From Candidatus Eiseniibacteriota bacterium (lineage in GTDB: Bacteria; Eisenbacteria; RBG-16-71-46), in the NCBI GenBank assembly GCA_963717505.1, contig OY970342.1:704001-768000 (forward strand): DNA of 64,000 nucleotides, read 5' to 3'. Positions 45,549-56,093 of this stretch are shown piece after piece. A model generated the notes under the pieces. The model was not told the DNA's origin. It was given only the letters and a program-made list of their open reading frames with translations, and did not search any database. The first letter of the stretch is position 1; each line of letters opens with the position of its first letter. The position numbers and the translations under genes are program-made.

Positions 45549-47474
45549 TCAGCGCAGCTCGGGCAAGCCCGCGTTCACCGAGCCACGCAGCCGGGTGAAG
45601 AACCGTACGCTCTCGAGCGCCAGGCGGGCCCCATCCAGGGGCAAGACCGGGATGTCCTTCGAGGCAAACGGCGGCGCGAACCCGACCGCGGATTGGGCTG
45701 CCGCCAGCGCGCGATCGTGAAAGCCGTGGCGGGCTTCGTACTGGCTGCGCAGGACCAGGCTCTGGCCGTAGAGAAGATGATGGGTCGCCACGTAGAGGTC
45801 CGCCCTGCCCCGCCACGGCCGCAGCCGAAGCGCGGGGTCCGCACAGGCGACGTAGCCACTGTCTGCGCGGAACTCGACGGCCAGGCCACATGGCGTGGCG
45901 ACAAAGCCGCGCAGCGGGGCCAAGTCGACTTCGCAGGTGGCGAAGATCCCGCGCGTCGGCGCGGCGTGACGAATGATGCCGGCCACCAGGCCGTCGTACG
46001 CCGCCCCCACTCCGGTGCCGCTCCGAGTCGCACGTTCGTGGCCTTCGGCTTCGGTGCGGACCAGCGCCATGAGTTCGGGATCGCGGCGCGCCAGTTCGCG
46101 GACGTACCACGGATGACGCAGCAGCTCGGTGCTGATCACGGTGACGTCAGGGCGTAGCCCTTCGACGATCTGCATGTACAAGGACGGCGAGATGACGTGG
46201 TCCCACAACGACGAGAAGACCACGGATCGCTCGGGCAGCGGCTCGAGCAGATCGCGGACCAGACCCTCGGAGAGCGTCAGGTCGCGTTCGTTGCAGCTTC
46301 GAAAGTGGAGCGCTCCATTGACCACGATCAAGGCGCCGGCCACCGCCAAGGTCACCCGCGCCCCGAACCGTTGGTGCAAGGCCGCCCAGCCCGCGGCGAC
46401 CAGGAGCCCCAACCCCATCAATGCAGGAAGCGCGTAGGGATCGACGTCGCGAATCCCGTACCCAACGAGATAGACCAGGCTGGTAGCCACGATCAGGCAT
46501 GCGAAGACCATCGCGCCGCGATCCCGGCGTGCGAGGAACGTTCCGCCGACGATGGCCACGGCCGCTCCCGCGAACGCGAGATCCCACGGTAGTCGAGAGA
46601 ACGCATACGCGGCTTGCAGCCGGGCATCCTCGGCGCTCGAGAACATCCACAGCTGATACTGCTTGCCGGTGACGTGCGCCATGAGCCGCCCGAAGTCGTG
46701 AGGATCTCCCCAGGACAATCGAGGCTCGGCCGAGGCTCGAAGAAGCAGCCAGACATAGGGCAGCAGACCCACGAGGAGCGCGGGAGCAACCGGCCAGAGA
46801 ATCCGCGCCAGACCCGGTCGCAGTCCGAAGCGAACGAACCACGCCGCCAGGAATGCCGGCGCCAGCACGACAACGGTGAGGTGGTTGGTGAAGGTGAGCC
46901 CGAGAATCAGGCCGAAAAGCATTCCCGACACGATCGTCGGTCGCTCGAGGTCGCGGAGCAGAGCCAGGCCGAGCACCGGCAGCAGGAACAACTGAAACGA
47001 GTACACCTCGAAGCCGTTGGCCTGTTGCCACACGGTCACGCTGGTCGCGATCAGGAGCGACGCGCAGCCGGCGTAGATCGCGCGCATGCTCTCCGACAGG
47101 GTGGAGCGCGAACCCGCGGGTGCTTTTTTGCGCGCGGCCGCCTTGGAATTTGGGCGAGCCCAAGTCGAGCCACCCAAACTCTCGAGAAAACGGTAGGCCA
47201 ACAGGACCAGCAGCGCCGCGCCGAGGGCGACCAGCACCGCGGCCAAGCCGTTCAGCACAACGATCGGCCGGCCGGGGACCACCGCCTGCACCGCATGGGC
47301 GAGAAGGATCAGGGTCGGGTAACCCGTGGGGTGCGCGATGCCCATCGTGCACGCCGCCGCCGCCAGCTCGCCGCGGTCGATGAAGCTGACGCTGCGCGAC
47401 ATCGTGCACAGATACAGCGTCGCGCAGATCGCGAAGACTCCCGCGGCGACCAGCACGCGAGCAGGAAATCGCAC
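45549..47474 (-). CDS. DUF2723 / TMEM260-like GT-C membrane glycosyltransferase
   Basis: D.GEL...GIAHPTGYP, EVYS, NH, SWGDP; many TM helices. Confidence 0.85.
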   Translation of the reverse strand: MRFPARVLVAAGVFAICATLYLCTMSRSVSFIDRGELAAAACTMGIAHPTGYPTLILLAHAVQAVVPGRPIVVLNGLAAVLVALGAALLVLLAYRFLESLGGSTWARPNSKAAARKKAPAGSRSTLSESMRAIYAGCASLLIATSVTVWQQANGFEVYSFQLFLLPVLGLALLRDLERPTIVSGMLFGLILGLTFTNHLTVVVLAPAFLAAWFVRFGLRPGLARILWPVAPALLVGLLPYVWLLLRASAEPRLSWGDPHDFGRLMAHVTGKQYQLWMFSSAEDARLQAAYAFSRLPWDLAFAGAAVAIVGGTFLARRDRGAMVFACLIVATSLVYLVGYGIRDVDPYALPALMGLGLLVAAGWAALHQRFGARVTLAVAGALIVVNGALHFRSCNERDLTLSEGLVRDLLEPLPERSVVFSSLWDHVISPSLYMQIVEGLRPDVTVISTELLRHPWYVRELARRDPELMALVRTEAEGHERATRSGTGVGAAYDGLVAGIIRHAAPTRGIFATCEVDLAPLRGFVATPCGLAVEFRADSGYVACADPALRLRPWRGRADLYVATHHLLYGQSLVLRSQYEARHGFHDRALAAAQSAVGFAPPFASKDIPVLPLDGARLALESVRFFTRLRGSVNAGLPELR

Positions 47475-47483
47475 GCGTCCTCC

Positions 47484-48341
47484 CTAGCGCCCGAGCAGCA
47501 TCCCGGTCACCCGCACGAACGAGAGAACGAATCCCACCACGGTCGTTGCGAGCAACACCAGCGCCAGAACCTGAACCCATAGGCTCTCTCGCCGTTCATG
47601 GCTCAGCGGCATGAACTGGGCGACCACCCATCCTGATGCGAATCCCCCGCCATGAGCCCAGTTGTCGACGCCTCTCATGAAGAAGCCGAACGCGAACAGG
47701 ATCAGCGCCCAGGTCCAGAGTTGGGTGGTCAGCATCTGCGAACCGGTCCGCCGGCCGTAGACGATGAGCGCCGCGAGCAGGCCGAAGATGCTGCCCGAAG
47801 CCCCGACCGAGCTCGATGCCAATACTCCCGGGCCCGTCATGAGATCCCCCGCGATGTTCGACACCAGGAAGCCGAATGCGCCGGCGAGCGAAAAGATGAC
47901 GAAGCCGCGCGCCGGGCCGAACGCTTCGTCGACTTGCGGCCCGAGATTCCGGATCCACATGACGTTGAAGAAGATGTGCAGAATGCCGCCGTGCAGGTAG
48001 ATGGCGGTGAGCAGCGTCCACCACCAGCCGAGCTCCCAGGCGATTCCCCCGGTCATCCCGAGCTGGTAGAGCGCGCGCGAGCCCGGCGAAAGGATCGAGA
48101 ACATCCCCGACGTCTGGAGAATCGCTTCGGGCTGGAGGATCAGGGCCGCGACGTAGAGGACGATGCACGTCATCACGATCAGCGGAACCATGTCGAGCCG
48201 GTTTCCGAACAGCTTCTGGATCGCGGGCGCGTAGCCGTAGAGCCCGGGGCGCCACGCGCCGCAAAACGGGCACTGCTCCTCGCTGACGCTGATCAGCTTC
48301 CCGCAGTTGGGGCAGATCATCGAGCCTTGGGTCTGGCGCAT
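47484..48341 (-). CDS. Rhomboid intramembrane serine protease with N-terminal zinc ribbon
   Basis: CPNC..CPFC; HGGILHIFFN; VGASG; NWAHGGG. Confidence 0.93.
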   Translation of the reverse strand: MRQTQGSMICPNCGKLISVSEEQCPFCGAWRPGLYGYAPAIQKLFGNRLDMVPLIVMTCIVLYVAALILQPEAILQTSGMFSILSPGSRALYQLGMTGGIAWELGWWWTLLTAIYLHGGILHIFFNVMWIRNLGPQVDEAFGPARGFVIFSLAGAFGFLVSNIAGDLMTGPGVLASSSVGASGSIFGLLAALIVYGRRTGSQMLTTQLWTWALILFAFGFFMRGVDNWAHGGGFASGWVVAQFMPLSHERRESLWVQVLALVLLATTVVGFVLSFVRVTGMLLGR

Positions 48342-48429
48342 CGGGGAAAGATACGCCAGGAGGCAGGTGGAGACGATCGGAGCCCCAGGTCTACGTCTAG
48401 CCGACATCCCCGTTAGCCGCGCCTAACGC

Positions 48430-48449
48430 AACTGTCCGCGAGGACAGTT
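48430..48449. terminator. Perfect 8-bp hairpin downstream of the FG-GAP gene
   Basis: AACTGTCC-GCGA-GGACAGTT; a second 6-bp hairpin lies at 48411-48428. Confidence 0.4.
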
Positions 48450-48472
48450 CCTGTGGATGACCTCGGGGAAGA

Positions 48473-51250
48473 TCACCTCATGATCGCGACGCTCTTTTGA
48501 ACCACGACGTCACCCTGTGACAACCGGACGACGAATACTCCAGGCTTCCAGTCCGTGCCGGCTTGGATTCTCGCCGTGTGTTGTCCGATCGTCGTGCCGG
48601 TCGCCCTTCTGTCTCGACGACGCCCCTGAACATCGAACACCTCGATGACTCCAGGTCCTGCTTTCGGCAGGACGTAGTTCAGGGTCGCCCAACCACCGGT
48701 CATTGGATTCGGCTGGATGGACTCGATTGACAGTCGAATCAAGGCCACCTCGACGAACACCTCGGTCGTCCAGCGGTCTACTCCGTCATCGTCGGCATAC
48801 CGAAGCCGGAAAGCGTGGACACCGGGATGGAGATTCCCCTCCTCGAAGTGGATGAACCCAGTTCCATTCACCGTCGGTGCGCCCACAGTTCGCCAGTTGT
48901 CGTCGATCAGCCTCTCTACATTGCCAGAACTCATGCCACCAGCACCGGCATACCAGGTGATCCTCGCTATTCCGTCTTCGCCAGTCGCTTCGACCAGCGA
49001 AATCGCAACGGGCGTCGCTCGGTCAGTCCGATTCATCAACAAGAAGACGGTGCCTCTGGTGGTCGCCACGGCGACGTCCGGCCAAGAGTCGCGATCCGAG
49101 TCCACGATGATGGGTCTCGAGATCAGGCCGCCGAACGCGAAGAAGCGCCTGTCGATCGTGAACCCACCAGCGCCATTCCCCACGTAGACTGCGAGGAAGC
49201 TCGACTGGTATTGCTCTTCCCAACTTGGCGAACCGCCATGCGTCGCGACGGCATCTCTATCTCCGTCTCCATCCAGATCGGCCACCGCGATGTGGTGGGC
49301 ATTGGGCATTCCCGGTGAGTTGATCTCGGCGGAAAACGACCCGTCACCCGCTCCCCGCATCACGCTCAGTCCCTGTCCCGTACCGCCCACAACATCCAAT
49401 GCACCGTCGTTGTCGGCATCCGCCAAGGTCATTGCCCAGAAGCTGTTCGCAATCGGGCTCACGATTGGAGCGCCAAAGGTTCCGTCCCCGAGCGATCGCT
49501 TCACGTAGAGCTGCCGGCTGATGAAGCAAATGCAGTAGCCAGCATGGTCGTAGCCGCAGCATTGCCCCCGCACGTTGATGACCAGGTCATCGAGCCCATC
49601 CTGGTCGACGTCGCCGGCAGCAGCAGCAACGACGCGTTGCTCGTGCAAGACCGGGGTTTCAAATGTTCCGTCCCCTATTCCCCTGGCGGTGAATGCTCGC
49701 TGCGGCCCATGGAGTAGCAAGTCGGGGTGGTCGTCGTTGTCGAAGCGAGCAATTTCGACCGCTTCGACGTTGGCGTGAATCGGAAACGACGGCAGCCTGA
49801 TGAATCCACCCACCACACCGCGAAGTACGCTGACGGAACCGACGCCGTACGGAATCTGATTCAACACGACCAGATCCCCGATTCCGTCCCCGTCGAGGTC
49901 GCCGGCTGCCAGCTCCACCGAGGCTCCATCGGTTGGGTAGTGGACACCCGGTGCATACCCGCCCTCGGGAAGCGCACCGAGAACCGTGGCCGTGCTCACG
50001 ACGCGATTCGCGGTAGCCAGGTCGATGAGTTTGTCGCCGTCCAGATCAGCCGCGGCCACTGCCCGCGGGTCACTTCCACTGCCCACTGGGTACTCGTTTC
50101 GCCTGCCGAAGCCTCCTGAACCGTCACCCGGAAGTACAGCGAGCGTTCCGGTCGTCGACCCGATGGTGAGGAGATCCGGATTCCCGTCCCCCGTCACCTC
50201 GGATATGGCAACCGCCAGGGGCTGCGAAGGCACATAGTGGTCCGAGGGAGGCTCGACCATACCGAATCCTCGGCCCTTGAAGACCAGGATCCGATCCGAA
50301 AAATAAGCTGCGATCGCCACGTCGCCATAGCCGTCGCCATTGACGTCCTCGATATCCACTGAGAACGGATAGGTTGGCGAAGGCAGCGTCATCACTTGGG
50401 CAAAGTTTCCGTCTCCTACACCCCGCAGCGTGGTCATCGTATGGTCGCGCTGATTCGCGGTCGCTATGTCTGGATAGGGATCCCCATCCAGATCGCCAAT
50501 GGCAAAGGCAAGCACCCCCGGCCCAGCCGGAGACACCCGCGCCGGGAGAAGTGTGCCGTCTCCTCTCCCGAGCAGGACCGCAACACCGTCTCTGGCAAGA
50601 CTGGCCGTGAGCACGTCGACATTCCCATCTCCATTCACGTCACCCGCCGCCATGCTGAACGCGCCGGGGGCCGTGGCGAACTTGGACAGAGAGCCGAACC
50701 CACCGTCACCGGCACCGAGCAGCACTGAGACGCTGTCAGGTCCGTAGTTGACGGCGACCAGGTCGCGATTGCCGTCGTTGTTGAGGTCGACGATCTCGAC
50801 GAAGTGTGGGCTGGCACCGCATTCGAGAAGAACCTGAGGTTGGAACGCGTTGCCAGGCATCCCCAGGAAAAGCGACAGAGTCCCGGAACCGTGGTTCGCG
50901 ACCACGATGTCGCCAACGCCGTCGTTGTTGACGTCGCCGGCCGCTGCGCCAACTGGATTCGCCCCGACATTCATCTGCGCGACGATCTGGAACCCGCCGT
51001 CGGCGTCCCCTGAGAGGACCGTTACCGAGCCGGGTGCATTGACGACAATCGCGTCGTCGTAACCGTCCCCGTTGAGATCATGTAGGCGGAAGGACCTCGG
51101 GATATTTCCCGCTCGGTAGAGGTCGTACATGCCCTCGAGGTTGGGCGTCGCCGCGGCGATCGTCGCAAGTGCGGCCAGGGCTGTGCCGATGAGAGCGCAT
51201 GGCAACCAGCGGGCGACCGAAACGGGATCGAAACCTGGGCGAGAAGTCAT
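48473..51250 (-). CDS. Secreted FG-GAP/VCBS repeat protein with C-terminal T9SS/FlgD-like domain
   Basis: More than 10 D(L/V)(N/D)xDGxxD repeats; signal peptide; C-terminal PNP...FDVQGRR...PGVFVVRL. Confidence 0.9.
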   Translation of the reverse strand: MTSRPGFDPVSVARWLPCALIGTALAALATIAAATPNLEGMYDLYRAGNIPRSFRLHDLNGDGYDDAIVVNAPGSVTVLSGDADGGFQIVAQMNVGANPVGAAAGDVNNDGVGDIVVANHGSGTLSLFLGMPGNAFQPQVLLECGASPHFVEIVDLNNDGNRDLVAVNYGPDSVSVLLGAGDGGFGSLSKFATAPGAFSMAAGDVNGDGNVDVLTASLARDGVAVLLGRGDGTLLPARVSPAGPGVLAFAIGDLDGDPYPDIATANQRDHTMTTLRGVGDGNFAQVMTLPSPTYPFSVDIEDVNGDGYGDVAIAAYFSDRILVFKGRGFGMVEPPSDHYVPSQPLAVAISEVTGDGNPDLLTIGSTTGTLAVLPGDGSGGFGRRNEYPVGSGSDPRAVAAADLDGDKLIDLATANRVVSTATVLGALPEGGYAPGVHYPTDGASVELAAGDLDGDGIGDLVVLNQIPYGVGSVSVLRGVVGGFIRLPSFPIHANVEAVEIARFDNDDHPDLLLHGPQRAFTARGIGDGTFETPVLHEQRVVAAAAGDVDQDGLDDLVINVRGQCCGYDHAGYCICFISRQLYVKRSLGDGTFGAPIVSPIANSFWAMTLADADNDGALDVVGGTGQGLSVMRGAGDGSFSAEINSPGMPNAHHIAVADLDGDGDRDAVATHGGSPSWEEQYQSSFLAVYVGNGAGGFTIDRRFFAFGGLISRPIIVDSDRDSWPDVAVATTRGTVFLLMNRTDRATPVAISLVEATGEDGIARITWYAGAGGMSSGNVERLIDDNWRTVGAPTVNGTGFIHFEEGNLHPGVHAFRLRYADDDGVDRWTTEVFVEVALIRLSIESIQPNPMTGGWATLNYVLPKAGPGVIEVFDVQGRRRDRRATGTTIGQHTARIQAGTDWKPGVFVVRLSQGDVVVQKSVAIMR

Positions 51251-51426
51251 CGCGGCACCTCCGAGGCTCCTGAGAGACGGGGGTTCCCAGGTCCCACAGG
51301 GATGACAACCATGCGCCTATTGCGCACCAATAGCGACCAGGCCCGTTGATTCAGCTCGGTTCCAACCGCGAGCGGGGTGCGACTATCCTACTTCACGAAC
51401 GGTCGCGGTTTCCCTGGAGGATTCGA

Positions 51427-52683
51427 ATGCACAGCTCTTGGCTCCTGGCTATCTTGAGTCTGAGTCTTGTCTCCATCTTCTCACTCCCCGCGAGCGCCAT
51501 TATCCGGCGTCACGATCGACCCGATTCTCTGTACCTCGCCGACGGCGCCGAGCGCACCGCCGTCTGCCGGCTCGGCTCGGGACATGGAACGCTGGTCGGA
51601 CCAAAGTGGGTCTTGACCGCGGCGCACGTCGCGCAGGAACTGACTCCCGGCTTCGACAAGTGCCACTTCGACGGCGCCAGCTACGCGATCAAGGCGCGCT
51701 ACATGCACCCGACCTGGGCCGGCAACCTCGGGCCTGGGCATGCCGAACCCGAATGGGTCGACATGGCGTTGGTCGAGCTCGAGGAACCAGTCCAGGGGAT
51801 CGCGCCGCTCCCGATCCATCGCCAGAAGAACGAAGTCGGCAAGCGCGTGCGATTCGTCGGCAGCGGCAAGACCGGCGACGGCATCCAGGGCATCGGCCTG
51901 GCCGACGGCGAATGGCGCGGCGCGTACAACGTGGTCGAGAAGACTTCAGCGCACAACCTGGTGTTTCTGTTCGACGCGCCGCCCGCCGGCGAAGACCTGG
52001 AGGGCATTGCCGGTCCCGCCGACAGCGGCAGCCCCGCGTTGCTGCGCACCAGCAAAGGCTGGGCGGTGATCGGTGTCGCTTCGTACAACGACGGCCCGAA
52101 CATCGGCATGACCGAATGCATCTACGGCACGCGCGAGGTCTATCCACGCACCTCGCATGTGACGTCGTGGTTCGACAGCGTGCTCGCGGGCAATGGCGCC
52201 GCGTGGGCCGAAACCAATGTCCACACCGGGCCCAAGTCCAAGACCGCCGGGGCGGTCGGGGACTCGACCGTGTTCGATCCGGAGCGCTATCTCGCCGTTG
52301 CTCGCGAGTTCGTTCGCAGCGTGAACGCCGACGACATGGAGTCCTACCGCAGACTGTTCACCGACGCCGGCTGGGCCGAGGTCATCGATTGGTTCCACAA
52401 CGCCTTCGCGAACCAGCGCCGGCGTTACGGCCCGATCGTCAGAGCCTATCCTCCGCAGAAGGAACCGGTGCGCATGGGCAAGTTCGGGTGGCAGGGAAGC
52501 TGGGAACAGGGCGCGAATTTCGTCGTGATCTTCGAGAAGAGCGTTGGCGGGGCGCTGAACATCCAGCTCGACGAGCAGGGCCTGATCGCGCACGCTGACG
52601 TGTTCATCAAGGAGGAGATGTTGCAGTACGAAGAGACGGCGCCGAGCAAGCCGTTCTTCGGCGAACCGCCGGCCCAGGAGTGA
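51427..52683 (+). CDS. Secreted trypsin-like (S1) serine protease with extra C-terminal domain
   Basis: Signal peptide; WVLTAAH, DMALVEL, ADSGSP triad motifs; GGAGG RBS. Confidence 0.88.
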   Translation: MHSSWLLAILSLSLVSIFSLPASAIIRRHDRPDSLYLADGAERTAVCRLGSGHGTLVGPKWVLTAAHVAQELTPGFDKCHFDGASYAIKARYMHPTWAGNLGPGHAEPEWVDMALVELEEPVQGIAPLPIHRQKNEVGKRVRFVGSGKTGDGIQGIGLADGEWRGAYNVVEKTSAHNLVFLFDAPPAGEDLEGIAGPADSGSPALLRTSKGWAVIGVASYNDGPNIGMTECIYGTREVYPRTSHVTSWFDSVLAGNGAAWAETNVHTGPKSKTAGAVGDSTVFDPERYLAVAREFVRSVNADDMESYRRLFTDAGWAEVIDWFHNAFANQRRRYGPIVRAYPPQKEPVRMGKFGWQGSWEQGANFVVIFEKSVGGALNIQLDEQGLIAHADVFIKEEMLQYEETAPSKPFFGEPPAQE

Positions 52684-52690
52684 CCGGCTC

Positions 52691-53377
52691 CTAGGGATTG
52701 GTCTCGCGTTCGATTTTCGCGAGCAGCACGCTGGCAGCGTCCACCAGGGCGGCGGACCACTCGTGGCCGCCCTCGAACACCAGCTTTTGCGCATCCGGGC
52801 GGCGCGTGAGTACGAACGCCATGTCCTCCTCCAGCCGCGCCGGAGTGTAGTGCGCATCGCCGGCGCCGGTGACGGCCAGGACCCGCGGCCACGCCCGCGT
52901 CTCGACACTCTTGAGCTCGGGCGGGACGTCGCCGCCCGCCGCAATGATCGCGTCGCACGTCCGTCGCCCCAGCAGCCCCGCGCGGTACGCCATGGCCACG
53001 CCTTGCGAGAATCCTGCATACACGATGGCACGCGGAGCGCCGAATTCGGACTCGAGCTGATCCATCACCGCGTCGACGTAGGCAACGTTGTCGGCGATCG
53101 CGTGCTCGCGATCCTGGCGGGTCATCCAGTTCGCGACCACCTCGTTGGACCGACCGGCGTAGAAGGGATGGAGCGCCTGCACCGACACGATCGCCCATTT
53201 CGAACTGCGCGGTACGCGGGCCAGCGGCTCGAGAAAGGCCTCGGCAGACTGCGCGTAGCCGTGGAAGCCGACGAGCCAGAGAGTGGGCGTCGCCGAGCGT
53301 GGTGGCTGGACGAGGTAGCGGCCGTGCACGGTCGCCGTCGCATGGCGAAGCAGGGGACCAACAGATGGCTCCGACAT
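52691..53377 (-). CDS. Phospholipase/carboxylesterase (alpha/beta hydrolase)
   Basis: FHGYAQ, GFSQG nucleophile motif, GGHEW. Confidence 0.9.
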   Translation of the reverse strand: MSEPSVGPLLRHATATVHGRYLVQPPRSATPTLWLVGFHGYAQSAEAFLEPLARVPRSSKWAIVSVQALHPFYAGRSNEVVANWMTRQDREHAIADNVAYVDAVMDQLESEFGAPRAIVYAGFSQGVAMAYRAGLLGRRTCDAIIAAGGDVPPELKSVETRAWPRVLAVTGAGDAHYTPARLEEDMAFVLTRRPDAQKLVFEGGHEWSAALVDAASVLLAKIERETNP

Positions 53378-53391
53378 TCGGGATGGCGAGC

Positions 53392-56093
53392 CTACCGCCT
53401 CGCCCTCACCTTCTCCGCCAACCGATTCGCCCAACCGATCGAAACCGCGATCTCGCGACGCTCGGCCACGCCCTTGGGTGGACGACTGAACAGGAATCGA
53501 TCGCTCACCGGATCGTAGTCGTAGTCGCGGAATGAAGTCTCGGTCGGCGAGGGCGGCACCTCGAACAGCTGCTCGGGTTGACCGGGGGAAAGTTCGTCGT
53601 TTCGCACTGCGATCGGCACGCGCACGAGACTCTCACCCGTGACGAAGAACAGTTCCCGGCTGTCGCGCCCCCAGCGGACACCGCCGCCACCGCCGGTCGA
53701 TACCTGCCAGCTTCCCCCTCCCGCCAGCGGCCGGATGCAGATCTCCTCGCGTCGGGTCTTATTCGTTACGTAGGCGATCCAGCGGCCGTCGGGCGACACC
53801 ACACCCGCCTGCTCGTAGCCGTCGCCCTCGACCGGGAGCGCACGCGGCGGCTCGTCGCCGTTCACCGAGGCCAGGTGGATCTGGCCGGTGCGGTGGCCGT
53901 AGTCGCTGAAGACTACTGCCTTGCCGTCCGGCGTGACGTCCGTGACTTGCAGCGGATTGTGCGCTCGATAGACTTCTTGCGTCCCGCCGGCGCCGTCCAG
54001 ACGACGGACGACGACAGCCTCCGTCCCTGCGATGTTTGTTGGGTAGGCAATCCGAGTCTCCCCGAGCAGCCATATGCCCGCACCCGACTTGTTCTCGTGC
54101 GTCAGTCGGTTCATCGAGCCCGAGCGAAGATCGGCCAACCAGAGGTCGGCCGCACCGCCCCCGGGCCCGGCCGCCACCAGGGCCCTCGTGCCGTCGGCCG
54201 AGAGTCTCATTTGGAGGTAGGGGCCCGGCGCCACCGGGATCGGCGTCCATCTCCCCGAGCGATCGAGCCACCCGATCTCGCGGGTCTTCTCAGGCTCCCC
54301 ACCCGGGATCCACGCCAGAGTGCCGTCGTCCGCAAGGCTGAAGTAGCACGTTCCACTCGACTCATCACCACTGACATCGGCGAGCACCGGTACTGGATCC
54401 TGCGTGATGCGGGGATTGCGTGGATCGATGGGTACGGCATAGAGGTCACTGCCTCTCGCCAAAACGAGAAATCCCCCCGGCACCCAGGCCGCGCGGCGCG
54501 CACCTTTGAACAAATGACGACGCTCTCCCGTCTTCACCGAGACCGCGTCGATGCTCGCGTCGTCGTAGCCGCCCGGGCTGTCCACGGTCTGGACGGTGAA
54601 CACCACCCATGGCCCGCCATCGAGCGCGCTGGGGAAGCGGTGCGTGCGTTCCCGCTTGGTGGTATCGAGCGTGGTGATCGCGACCGGCGTGCCTCCGGAT
54701 TCGGGGATTCGAAACAGCGGCTCGGTGACTTCGCGCGTGAACACGATCGTGCCATCGTCGAGCCACGTGCCGAGTCTATCCTGTAACGCGTCGGCCAGCG
54801 CCACCGGTGTGCCGCCGCGCACCGACACTTTGTTCATCTTGCGGGTGTCGAAGAATCCGATCCATTCGCCGTCCCGCGAGAAGAAGAGGTTGCGCGCACC
54901 GTCGGCGCCGGCAATCTCGACGTCCTCACGCGTGTCCAGGCGTCGCAGTCGCAGCTTGAGCACGCCGCCCACCCGAACCGTGTACGCGATCGCTCGACCG
55001 TCCGGCGAAATCGCCATCGGGTGGTAGCTGATGTCCTCACCGATCCGCTGCCCGCCCGCGGGCACGACGCTGAGTTCGGTTGCCGTCGGTTGTGCGGGTG
55101 GCCTGCGCCACAGCAGCCCGCCAACCACGGCCAGCGCGACGATTCCGGCCCAGGCGATCGTCCAGAACTTGAGCGCCGGCGAGCGCGGAGCGGTCCCGGG
55201 CGCGGTCTCGGCCACCTCTTCCGCGGGATTCGCCGATAGGTCCTCGAGCGCGACTCGTGCCTCGCCGATCGCCTGCAGTCGCCGTCGAGGATCCTTGACC
55301 ACGCATCGCTCGAGCAGATGGCGCCAGCGCGAAGACAGCCCAGAGGGCAGCGCCGACCAGTCCGGCTCGTCGCGCATCACCGCCGCCATGGTCTCGGAGA
55401 TGGTCTCACCGGCGAACGCGCGCCGGCCGGTGAGCATCTCGTAGAGCACAGCGCCAAACGAGAAGATGTCGGACCTGCGTTCGGCCTCACGCCCGCGCGC
55501 CTGCTCGGGCGACATGTAGGCGGCGGTGCCCAGAATGACACCCGCCTGGGTCATCCGTTGCGTGAGCGTCGGGGACTGGGTGAGGTCCGCGCTCGAACCG
55601 GCGCCTTCGGCTGCGAGCGCACGCGCCAGATCCGAAAGTCGAGCACTTTGACCGTGCCGTCGGGCCTCAGCTTGATGTTCGCAGGTTTGAGATCACGGTG
55701 AATGATGCCGCGGTCGTGGGCGTACTCGAGCGCCTCGGCGAGTTGCCGCCCGATGCGCAGGCACTCGTCGACCTCGATCGGGCCGCTCGCAATTCGCTCG
55801 GCAAGGGTGGGCCCCTCGACCAGCTCCATCACCAGGGCGGTGGCCCCCCCGGCATCCTCGACGCCGTAGATCGCGGCGATGCCCGAGTGACTGAGTGCCG
55901 CGAGCAACCGGGCCTCGCGCTCGAAGCGCGCCAGCCGATCGACGTCGCCGGACAGAAGATCGGGCAGCACCTTGATCGCGACGTCACGCCCGAGCCGCGT
56001 GTCGCGCGCGCGATAGACCTCGCCCATGCCGCCGGCACCGAGCGGCGACAGAATCTCGTAGGGGCCGAGGCGGGTACCGGGACCGAGGCTCAT
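53392..56093 (-). pseudogene. Ser/Thr protein kinase with TolB-like beta-propeller; +2 frameshift at the DFG motif near 55630-55637 (probably a sequencing error)
   Basis: GAGGMGEVY, VAIKVL, HRDLKPAN in one frame; GTAAYMSPEQ onward in another. GACTTTCGGATCTG is GACTTCGGTCTG (DFGL) plus 2 nt; total length is 3n+2. Confidence 0.85.

Noticed and set aside
48452-48460. DnaA-box-like TGTGGATGA
   Set aside because: Single imperfect box, with no cluster, AT-rich unwinding element or dnaA context.
51317-51333. CTATTG-N5-CAATAG palindrome between the divergent FG-GAP and protease genes
   Set aside because: A 6-bp arm can occur by chance and no regulator is nearby.
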